Below, in pieces: positions 10,901-20,822 of a stretch of DNA of 33,779 bases. The translations under genes were made by a program, and so were the position numbers. A model generated the notes under the pieces. That model was not told the origin of the DNA. It saw only the letters and a list, made by a program, of their open reading frames with translations, and made no database searches. Within the stretch, counting starts at the first letter, position 1; each line of letters begins with the position of its first letter. This DNA is from Rhizaria sp. SCN 62-66 (Eukaryota), in assembly GCA_001724265.1 (NCBI GenBank), contig MEDY01000101.1, positions 124,001-157,779 of the forward strand, written 5' to 3'.

Positions 10901-13900
10901 GACCTCGGCCTGGAACGCGTTCTCCAAGTGCTTAAGCCGGTTCACCTCGTGCGGCAGGAACTGCAGCGCAGCCACGCGCTCCTCGGCGCCGCGCAGCCGG
11001 GCCTCGAGCTCGCGCCGCGCGCGCGCAGTGTCCTGCAGCTCCGCCTCGCGGTGGCGCAGCTGGAACTCGAGGTTGAGCGCGCGGGCCTCGGCCTCGTTCG
11101 CGCGGCGCCGCGCCATGTCGCTGACGTCGGTGCCCTTGAGCGACTCCATGTTCTTGATGCGCTCGTTCAACGACGCGACCTGAAGATCGCGCTCCTCGAC
11201 GTCAAGACGCAGCTTGTTGAGCTTGTGTTTGGCGCGCTCGAGCTCCTCGCCGCGCTTGATAATCTCGGACCGCAGCTCGCTTGCCAGGCTCTCGAACTCC
11301 TTCTTGGCGCGGTTGTTTTCGTCCTCGAGCTCCTGCAGCGCGCGCTCGGTCGCCACCAGCCGCTCGTTCTGCAACCGCGCCGCCGCGGCCACGTCGACGA
11401 GCTCACCGGCGCGCGCCGCCGCCTCGGCCGCGGCCGCCTTGGCGCGGCGCTCGCTCTCAGCCAGCGCTGCGCGCGAGCGGTCCAGCTCGCCCTCGACGCC
11501 GGCCAGGTCGGTCGCCGCGCGGTGGCGAGCCTCGACGCCCTCGCGCTCGCGCGCCGCCACGGTGTCCTCGGCCTGCTTCGCGCGCGCCTCGAGCCCGTTG
11601 CCGCGCTCGGTCGCGCTGTGCAGCTGCTTGGCGGTCAGCGCCAGCTCGGCCTCCTTGCCCTGCAGCTGCACGCGCTGCTCGTCCAGCGCGCGCGCGGACT
11701 CGCGACGCGTCTTGTCCAGCTCCTCCTTGACCGCGGCCAGCGCGTCCGCCCGGTCCTGCAGCGCGGTCTTAGCGTCCGCCAGCGCCGACTCGAGCCGCTT
11801 CACGCTGCTGTCGAGCGCGCGGCCCTCGGTCAGCGCGCGCTCGGCACGCTCGCGCTCGCCCTCAAGCGCGTGTTTGGTCTCGGCCACGGCGCGCGTGGCA
11901 GCCGCGAGCTGCTGCGTGAGCTCCTGCTGGCGCGCCTCGGCGTCCGCGATGCGCTCCGCCGCACGCTCGGCCTTGCCTTCGAGCACGGTGACCGCGGCCG
12001 AGTGCTCCGAGCGCAGCACCATGAGCTCGCGCGCGTGCTCGGCCGCCAGCTGCTGTACCTCGCGCGTGTGCGCCGCCGCAGCATCCTGCACTTCGCGCGC
12101 GCGCACCGACGCCGCCTCGCTCTGCTCGCGCGCGCGCGTCGTCGCCAAGTCGTGCAGCTCCTTGGCGTGCGCCGCCGCGGTCGCCTGCGCTTCCTTGGTG
12201 CGCTCGGCCGCGGCGGTGGACGCCTCGCGCGCCGCGGTGGCGTCGCGCTGGGCCAGCTCCTTCGCGGCCGCGGCCTCGCGGGCGGCCGATTCCTTGGCGG
12301 CGGCCGCGGCGGCCGAGGCGGCGGCCTCGCGCGCGGCGATGAGCTCGCGCTGGTGGTCCTCCTTAAGGCGCGCGGCCTCGGCGAAGGAGTGCTCGCGCAG
12401 CTGGAACACGTCCTGTGTGTGCGCGTCGCGCAGCTTGGCCATCTCGCGCGCGTTGTTCTCGCGGATCGCTGCCAGCTCGGCGTTGACGGCGTCGCGCTCG
12501 CCGCGCAGCTGCGTCACAAGCCGCTGCGACTCTTCGATGCGCGTCGCCGCGGCAGCCAGCTCCGTGTTGGCGCGCTCGCGGGCGAGCTTGAGCCCTTCGC
12601 CGGCCTGCGTGAGCGAGTCGAGCAGCGCCGTCTGCGAGCGCGCGACTTCCTCGGCCTTTGTCAGCGCCAGCTCGAAGTGCGACACCTGCGCCTTGGCGCT
12701 GCCGAGCTCGGCCGTCGCGCGTGCGTACTCTTGCTGCAGCGCGGTGAGCGCCTCGGCCAGGTCCTCGCCGCGGCCGCGCGCCATGTGCACCTCGTCGGCG
12801 AGCTCCTGCTTCTCTGCGTGCAGCTTGTCGACGCGCATGAGGCACTCCTCGTAGCGCGCCTCAAAGTCGCGGCAGCTCGCCACGGCGGCCTGGCGCGCGG
12901 CCTCAGCCTCGGCGAGCAGCCCGGCCTGCTGCTGCTGCGCCGCCAACTGCTGCGCCTGCGTCAGCGCGTCGAGCTGCGCCTGCACCGCCGCCGTCGCCGC
13001 GTTGGCATGACTGCTCGCGGTCGCCACCTGCGCCGCGGCCACGGGCTGCTGCTGCACCGTGATCTGCAGCGAGTGGAGCTGCTGCGTCTGCGCGTCGATG
13101 CGTGTCTGCAGCGCCGCGTTGCGCGCAGTGAGGTCTTTGGCCTCGGCCTCCCAGCGGCGCACGTCCGCGCGGAGGTCCTTGACGACTGTGTCGTTGATGT
13201 GCGCTACGGCGGCCTGCTCGCCGCGCAGCTTGCTCTTGACTAGCGCCTCGTACTCCTTCAGCAGCGTCTCGAGCCGCGACCGCAGCTCGGTGGTCTCGCG
13301 CGCGTGTTGCTCAGTCGCGGCGCGCCGCTCCTTCTCCGCGGACTCCTTCCCGAGCGCCATGTGCCGCTCGGCCTCGGCCAGCACGGCCGCGCGTGTGCGC
13401 TCCGCGGTGAGCTCCTCCTCGAAGCGCGTCTTGGCGGCCGCGGCCTCGGCCAGGCGCTGCGCGTATTTCTGCCGCAGCGCCTCGTGCGCGCGCGCCAGCC
13501 GCGTGCGTTCCTCAACGGCCGTGTCGCGCTCGCGCGCGGCGGCCGCGGCGGCGGCGAGGCTCTCAGCCACGCGCGCACCCAGCTCGTTCGCGCGCGCCTG
13601 CATCACGCGGGCCTCCTCGTTGGCCTCGCTGGCCGCCGAGCGCATCTCGTCGTAGGCGCCCGCGGCGTCGGCCCAGGCCGCGCGCAGCTGCGGCACAGCC
13701 TCAACGCGCGCCTCCAGCTCGCCCACGTGCCGCTGCAGCGCCGCGATGAGGCCGTGCAGCTGGTCCTGCTTGCCGCGCATCGCGTGGCACTCGTCGCGCG
13801 CCGACAGCACGCCCTGTTGCGCGGCCGCCAGCTGCGCCACGGCGTCCTGCGTACCCGCGCGCGCGCTGCGGAGCTCGGCCTCGAGCGCCTCGTTGCGCGC

Positions 13901-16645
13901 CGCGATCTCGTACGCACTGCGCATGTGTTGCGACGCCTGCTCGTGGTCGCGCTGCCGCCGCTGCTCCAGCGCGGCCAGCTCGTCGCGCAGCGCGGCGGCC
14001 TCGGCCTCGGCGGCGCGGCCGCGCTCGCCGGCGTCGGTCAGCCCGTCGAGCGTGTGCGAGTACGCCGCCGCAATGCGCTCGTTCTCGCGCACGGCGGCCG
14101 CCAGTTCGGCCTTGAGGCGCGCGTGCAGGTCGCGCCACTGCCGCTCCAGCTGCGCGCCCTGTGCCGCGCCGGACTCAGCGCCCGCGGCGCGAGCGGCGGC
14201 GGCGTCGTCGCGCGTCTTCTGCAGCTGCGCCGCAAGCTTCTCTGCGCGCGCGTCGGCCTCGGCCGCGCGCTGCTGCGCGAGCGGGATCTGTGAGAGCTGC
14301 AGCTTGTAGCCCTCGATCTGCTGTGCGTACGCGTCCGCCTGCAGCCGCAGCGCGGCCCCGGCGTCCTTGTCGCGCTGCGCGCGCAGCTCTGCCTCGACCG
14401 TGGCGGCGCGCGCGGCCACCTCCGCGTTCTCGGCGCGGCGTTGCGCCGTCGCCAGCGCTGCCTCCAGCCCCGCCGCGCGGGTCTCGGACGCGCGCAGCGC
14501 CGCGGCCGCGGTCTCGGCGGCGGTCGTGGTGGCGGCACGCGCCTCGGCGGCGACCGCGCGCTCGGACTCGACGGCGGCTGCCACTGCGGCGCGCTCGGCG
14601 GCGGCGGCCGAGGCCAGCTCGCGGCTGTGCAGTTCGGCGCGGCGCTGCAGCTCAGCCTCGAGCCGGTCCGCGCGCGCGGCGTCCTCGGCGCCGCGGCGGC
14701 GCGCGTCGTCAAGCGCCGTGTTAAGCGCGGCGGCCGTGGCGGCCGTGTCGCCGTGCGCGCCGCGCAGCGCGTCGAGAGCATCTTCGGCCGACGCGAGGTT
14801 GCGCGTGGCGACCTCGAGCAGACGCTCCGTCTCCTCGCGCGCGCGCGTCAGACTGGCCACGCGCGCGAGAGCGTCCGAGAGCTCCGCGGTGCGGTCCTCG
14901 GCCACCGTGCGCGCGGTGGAGAGCTCCACCGACAGCGTCTCGGTCGACGTGTGCAGGGTCGTGACCGTGAGCGAGACCTGAACGGAGTTGAAAAAAAGGA
15001 GATAAAACGAGGGATATAATCAATTAGATGAAAATACAATAGTAAATCCACGCATTGTAAAATCGTATACAAATGATACAGGAAATCAATTTGTGAAATA
15101 ATAAAACTTCAGTCGAGACATATCGACACATACCTGAGTCAGCTGCTCGGTCAGCTCGGCCTCGCTCTGCTGGAGCTCCATAATGCGCGTATACGCTTCC
15201 TCAAGCTGTTGTGCCTGCAGCGCGGACCCACTGTCGCCGGGGCCCGCGCCGCCCACGCCGCCGCCGGCGGCCACCGCTGCTCGCAGGGCCTCGTTCTCAG
15301 CGCGCGTCTCGGCCAGCCGCTCCTCGAGCGTCGCCGCGCGCGCGGCTAGTTCGTCCAGGTCACCCGCGCGCTGCTGCGCCGCGGCGCCCAGCGCGCGTAG
15401 CTGCGCCTCCGCGGCAGTCCGCGCGGCGCGCGCGTCGGCCAGCTCGGCCGTGACGGCCGCGTTCCGGTCGATGAGGTGCTCCAGCGAGCACGCCTGGTCG
15501 TACATAGCCGCCACCACGGCGTTCTGCTGCTGCAGCTGCTGTTGCTGCTGCTGCTCCGACAGCGCACCGCCCGGACCTGCGCCCGCGGCGGCCGCAGCGG
15601 CGGCGACAGCGGTCCGCTCCTGCTGTGCGGCGAGCGTCTGCGCGTTGGCGAGCGCCGTCTGCAGCGCCAGCAGTTGCTCCGAGAGCGCGGCCTTGTCGCG
15701 CCGCAGTGCGTCGCAGCCACGCTGCAATTCGCCCAGCGCCGACGCGGCCTGCGCCTCCTGCGCGGCGGCGCGCGCGGCCAGCGCCGTGGCGCGCGCCTCG
15801 GCGTCCGCGTGCGCCGTTTGCAGCCGCGCGCGCTCGGCCGCCGACGCGGACGTCGCGGCGGCCGCGGCCGCGGCCGCGGCGGCGGCCTCGCGCTCAGTGT
15901 ACTGCAGCTGCAGCAGTCGACTGGCCTCCTCCTGCTCCGAGGCGGCCTGCGAGACGAGCGTCGACTGGTGCTCCTGCAGCGTCGTCAGCCGCGTCTCGGT
16001 GGCGCGGAGCTGCTGCGACAGGCGCGAGCACTCGTCGGTGAGCTCGGTGATACGTGCGCCCATGGTGGCACCTTCGCGCTGCGCCATCTCCAGCTCTCCC
16101 TGCCGCAGCTTCGAGAGCTCGGAACGCACCTCGGCCACCTGCATGGCCGCGGCCGCGGCCGCGGCGGCCGCGACGGCGGAGGTAGCCGGGGAGCCCGGGG
16201 ACTGGACCTGCGAGTGCGCGGCCGCCGTCGCGGGGTGTGAGCGCGGGAAGGCTGGCGTGGCGCGCATGGCGGCGTCGGGCGACCAGGAGAAGGCCGAGGC
16301 CGCCGCGGGGGCTGCCGAGCTCGACGGCGTGGCGTGCGGGTCAAGCGGGGCGGAGGTTGAAGGGGTGGTAAAGCCGTCGCGGGGAGCGCGCGCGGGACCA
16401 GTCTGTTGGGGGCGTTATAAGCAAGGATGTGGCGAGGATGGGGAAAGTTAGCTTGTGGGTGCTCAAGTGAGGAGTTGTAACACAGTACGACGAATGGATC
16501 GAAATGGAAGATGATTTGGCTGTCAAGATGTAGATTTGTTGCGTAATAGCCGTGAATGAAAGCGTACGGATGTTTGGTGGGGTGTGGAGGGAGGCAGGAA
16601 CCCAGTGTCTGGGTTCGGTGCCTGCCCTGAGGGATGATGCGACAT
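7966..16645 (-). CDS. Giant coiled-coil protein (~2709 aa, 5 exons), function unassigned
   Basis: Exons (minus strand): 16645-16568, 16402-15134, 14977-10325, 10202-9669, 9561-7966. Four phase-0 GT..AG introns: 16567-16403, 15133-14978, 10324-10203, 9668-9562. Junctions read HQTS|TGPA, LTQ|VSLT, LRAQ|INAA and HNQ|VYAR, joining the 393/1542/171/526-aa ORFs in frame. A CTAAC branch-like site is at 16451-16447. The protein has a Pro/Ser-rich N-terminus, then long A/E/R/Q/L-rich helical sequence. Exon 1 (ATG 16645) is less certain than the rest; the next in-frame ATG is at 16267. Confidence 0.85.
11969..12451 (-). repeat. Coding 11-residue (33-nt) degenerate repeat block inside the coiled-coil gene
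   Basis: Units: AREMAKLRDAH, TQDVFQLREHS, FAEAARLKEDH, QRELIAAREAA, (short Ala linker), AKESAAREAAA, AKELAQRDATA, AREASTAAAER, TKEAQATAAAH, AKELHDLATTR, AREQSEAASVR, AREVQDAAAAH, TREVQQLAAEH, ARELMVLRSEH, SAAVTVLEGKA. Confidence 0.7.
15855..15887. repeat. (GCGGCC)n coding microsatellite (poly-Ala); a second copy lies at 16145-16172
   Basis: Tandem gcggcc/gcg units are visible directly and encode Ala runs on the minus strand. Confidence 0.7.
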
Positions 16646-17530
16646 GACGCAAGCCCGTGCGACGGAACAAACGTGGATTTAAAAATCCAACGCACCACTA
16701 AGGTCTAACTAATAAGAATTACGTGCTAAGTCTCGTTAAAGTCACTAAAGTATTTGGGGAAAGGCAGGGAAGAAGATGGAAAGACGGGAGCGCGCCGGTG
16801 AGATGAGCCCAGTCAGAGCAATGAGCAAGGTAGCCAGAACACTTAGATGCCGCACCCGTATATAAAAATTATTAAACAAATCGGTAGATTCTCACGAATA
16901 AACAGCATGCATTCAGTAACATTTCAAACCAACGGTTTCCTGACGCTCTGCACGCGGCCAAGAATCGTCTTTTGGTTTGAACTTGACTTGGCGGCAAACG
17001 ACTGTGGCCACAGCCAACGGGCTGGACTCGGTCGGCTGCTTGCTGTGGCCGAGTGGCGGACCGCGAGGGGGCGGCGACGTGCACCCAAACTGCAAATAGA
17101 TTTGTAGCGGTGGGACTTCGGTCAATGCTCGATCTGGTTGTTTTTTAGGGATATTGGCGTGTTTTATTGTCTGATTCTATTTCAAAATCTGTGTTAGGCT
17201 TTTCTCTGACGTGTAACGGTGGTGGCGACGCCTGTCCTTGCTCAACCGCCGATGCTCGCACTCTGCTTCGCTCATTTACGATCCGGGATATGAAATATCG
17301 AGTTCAATACGACTTATCTTTGGATATGTTAACTTTAATCGCGTAACTCATTTCTGCGCTAAGCTAAATCTTCATTGGCTTTTATGATGCTTGTCAGTGG
17401 CGGTCTCAATCCCATCGGCCTCTGACGTTACCATACTTCCATCTACTTCTCGCTCACTGTTTATTCTACAACATGACTCTCTTTACAATGATTGCCTTTT
17501 GCCATGGTGCTGTGCCTGCTTAGCTTTCCG
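16646..17530. promoter_or_regulatory. Divergent intergenic region (putative bidirectional promoter and 5' UTRs)
   Basis: Lies between the head-to-head starts at 16645 (-) and 17531 (+), and is AT-richer than the exons. A TATATAAAA element is at 16859-16867. Function is inferred from position only. Confidence 0.35.
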
Positions 17531-18452
17531 ATGCGCGTTATCGCCGTCCTTCTCCTTGCGCTTGTCGCGTCTGTCTTTGCGTGCTCCGTCACGACGCCCT
17601 CCGGTTCGTTTCCCCTCCTGACTCGAAACAACTGCATATCTCTGCGCCACGACCCTCGATCACGACTAGACTTTAGTCGTGTATACTGGACTTGATTTCA
17701 ACACAGTACACGCAATCTCAATTTATATTGGCTTGATCTCATTTCGGTACACTTTCTCTATGCGCTTCTCCTTTGTGTAACCACCTTTAGGCAAGAAGTT
17801 CTCCTTCCCCACCCTGTCGTCCAAGACCTTCACTGTCCCCGGCGCCGACTTCGGCCAGGGCTCTGCCTTCACTCTGTCTTACAAGTTCTGCGGCAACACC
17901 GACTCCCCCTGCCTCAACGGCGAGTCGGCGTCGGTGTGCCTGAACCGCGACGTGTCGCCCATGGCCATCGCTGGCTTCTGGGACGCCTCGCACGCCGTCG
18001 ACGTGTCCGACCTGGAGGGGGGCGGCGTCAGCATCCTCGTCACGGGCAAGCCGCTCTTCGGCGAGCAGGTCTGGACCACCACCTTCAACGTCTACTGCGG
18101 CAAGGAGACCTCGCCCGTGGGCTCAACCGAGACCACCAAGATCACTCTCGGCTTCTCGCACCCCGACGCGTGCGGCGGCGGCGACTCCGGCCTCTCGGGC
18201 GGCTCCATCTTCCTCATCATCCTGCTCTGCGTGACGGTTGTCTACGTCATTGCCGGCTGCGTCTACAACGTTAAGCGCAACCAGACGCCCCTCGGCTGCG
18301 CATCGTGCCCGAACAAGGACTTCTGGTTCGCTATCCCCGGGCTCGCTAAGGCCGGCTGCGCATTCACCGTTCTCAAGATCAAGGGCTGCGTCGGCGGCAG
18401 TGGCAGCAGCAGCGCCGCCGCCGCTGAGGGCTCCGGCTACGGCTCTGTCTGA
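17531..18452 (+). CDS. MRH-domain type I membrane protein, cation-dependent mannose-6-phosphate receptor / Atg27-like (244 aa, 2 exons)
   Basis: Exons 17531-17603 and 17791-18452, with a phase-1 intron GTTCGT..TTTAG at 17604-17790. Features: signal peptide MRVIAVLLLALVASVFA; lumenal domain with 6 Cys ending HPDAC; GLSGGSIFLIILLCVTVVYVIAGCVYN transmembrane segment; family-typical tail PNKDFWFAIPGLAKAGCAF; terminal YGSV (YxxPhi sorting motif). Confidence 0.85.
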
Positions 18453-19379
18453 GTGCGCTAAACACGCTAAATGCGCTCAGTGGACTCAACAACGACGCTG
18501 TTGACAGCTGGTAAAACAACTTCATGACATGTATCGAAACAACTCCAATGCCTCTGCGATCACGCGCATCGATCAACAAGCATACCTACTAAGTACTGTA
18601 CTAACGTGGCTCTTGACGGACTCTGTGTTTGCACAGTGGCTGCGGGGTTAAACTGTTTGTGCAGAGTGAGGGCCTGTGGGCGCTGTGTACTGTTGCGTCT
18701 ATTGCTCTCGTCGTCATTGTTCATTTTAACGTAGAATACGGTTTTTTTTGCCGCGTACTTCCGACTCCTTTATTGTGATGTATGATCAGACTAATAGCAA
18801 CATTAATACACGCCTACATAGCTTTTCGCGACGCATTATGATTTGAATTTGTTGATGGATGAAGCAGAAAATTTGTATTTGTGTTATTGTTTGATATATT
18901 GCGATGCGTTATCGACTTTCTTTGGTTGAAGAGTGATACTAGTAAAAGTGAAATGAGATTCGCGACGAAAGCGAAATGAGATACTACATACTATTGTGTT
19001 AATATTCATACGTATATATGGAGTGGCTGATGCACGAAACAAGGAAATAAAATAAAATACTGGTAGTTGCTACTTCGACAACAACAGTGTGTGCGTTGGC
19101 AAAGCTAATGAGAGAGAACGTGCGCGAATGAGATGTTAAGATGTGAAACTGAAAAGGTAAGAAAGGGGAAGACATGATCCAGACTTGGCAGCATCACTCA
19201 CTTGCAATACCCCTTTTTAGCGCTGGAAGATGATAAAACGTACATGATATGTAGCAATGGCGCGACCATAGCGTGGCAACGGGCACTGATTTAGTAGAAG
19301 AAGATAGAGAAGTCCGACTACGCTCACCGTAGCACCGCGCCACAGACGCGGGATCATTTATACAAGGCATGAGTAAAGC

Positions 19380-19870
19380 GTGTGTCAAAAGTGGTGGTGC
19401 GGTTTGAGACGGTCACGGGGACTGTGGAGGTCGAGAATGGCGGCCGCGAGTGTGAAAGTGACCGAAGGAGTGACAACGCCTCAAGCAGACACGCTGACTA
19501 AGTGAGCAACGGAGTACAGAAAATGATGAAAAGGGGACTGAGGGGGACTAAACAAGCTTAAAAAGGACACTCAGGTGTTGAGGGCAGACTGGATGGAGAA
19601 AGATGGCGTAAACTCCGCGCAAGTTGAGACTGCTCAGTGACGACACACGGCAACTTGCCTGCATTCCTGCAAGGATTAGTAAATACGACAGCTGTGAGGA
19701 TCTTGCTGTCGGCGTTGTTGTTGATGAGAATGGTATTAGTAAGACGTATTATGCTGATAATGATGCAATCGTCGAGATAGACACCCAGGATCCGAAGACC
19801 AACAGAGTTGTCGAATTGTTGCGGCTGAAGAAGCAAAGATTAGCATTGACTGTGGGCCTCGGTGAGTCTC
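19380..19870 (+). pseudogene. Possible degenerate beta-propeller/NHL-repeat-like coding remnant
   Basis: Fragments interrupted by stops and at least one frame change: VVVRFETVTGTVEVENG, GHSGVEGRLDGE, and LAVGVVVDENGISKTYYADNDAIVEID (in ORF 19624-19947). They resemble NHL blade motifs by eye. There is no ATG, and the codon usage differs from the GC-rich genes. Confidence 0.2.
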
Positions 19871-20822
19871 AAAAGCATGTAACAATACTACTGATCAGTA
19901 ATACTGCTACAACTCGGATAGCAAACGAAAATGACAGAACAAAATAACGGAAAAATTAACGCAAAACACAACAACAACAAAAGCGGCATGAAACTAACAA
20001 CAGCTGGCCCGTTACAGAGCCGTATTGATCGATCAAGTGGCTGCAAGCGCGCTATTATGCAATTATAGACAGGAACGGAGCATCGAAAAAAGGTGACTGA
20101 GAGCCGATATGAGGATATGAAATGCTGGAAGTCTTTAGCACAGCCTGGTGACGCTTGCGATAGCGGGAGCGGCACCAGCAGGAGCAAGAGCAACAGCGAT
20201 GCGCAAAAGAGCGACGACAGTCCGGACGAACATGTCTCAACATACACAACAAGCTACGCACAATCAACCCCGAAAAGTAACGAAATATACCCAGGGGAAA
20301 CAAAGAAAATGGCGAAGCCAACTCAGACTGAGAGTTGACCGAAGAAAAATGCATATTGTGAAAAGCAGCGCAGATCCATGCAGAGCAACGTAAAGCAACG
20401 TACAGACAGCAAAACAACGCAACGCAGATAGCCAAAACAAAACAAAAGCTCAACACAACATACCGGAAGCAAAAGCACAGAAAAAGCGAGGAGGCAAAAC
20501 AAACGCAACTGAAGCGTCAACCAATGCAGGAGACAGCGCAACAAGACGCGACGCAGCACGCAGAGCGTTGCATTGCATGGTGCTGTGAATCAATCCTGAC
20601 ATGATTAGACACATAGGTCGTCCAGAGAACTTAGTTGGAAGGTTGTACATACGCAACGGCTTACCTCAAATCTCGAATAAGTTGTTTAAACAAAGAAAAT
20701 AAAATTTAAGCTGAGAATAAAAACAAGCGGATATATAACGACAAACGCAAGAGAGAAAGACCGCAGATAATGCAGATCCTGACGAACCCCGCATATCTCT
20801 ACGAATTGGCAGATAGTGTCGC

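Noticed and set aside
10343-13243. 966-aa + strand ORF and other long antisense or alternative-frame ORFs (e.g. 2394-4478, 11214-12854, 15183-16451)
   Set aside because: These are shadows of GC-rich, Ala/Glu/Arg-rich genes. Stop codons are rare at this GC content, and the translations are motif-free.
16593-16626. Hairpin GGCAG-GAACCCAG-TGT-CTGGGTTC..CTGCC as an ncRNA or terminator
   Set aside because: It is short, falls inside the inferred first coding exon of the coiled-coil gene, and has no RNA-family hallmarks.
19888-20820. Short ORFs in both orientations downstream of the vWA gene
   Set aside because: Strand-skewed (A/C-rich on +, T/G-rich on -) sequence typical of a 3' UTR; translations are compositionally biased and lack host codon usage.
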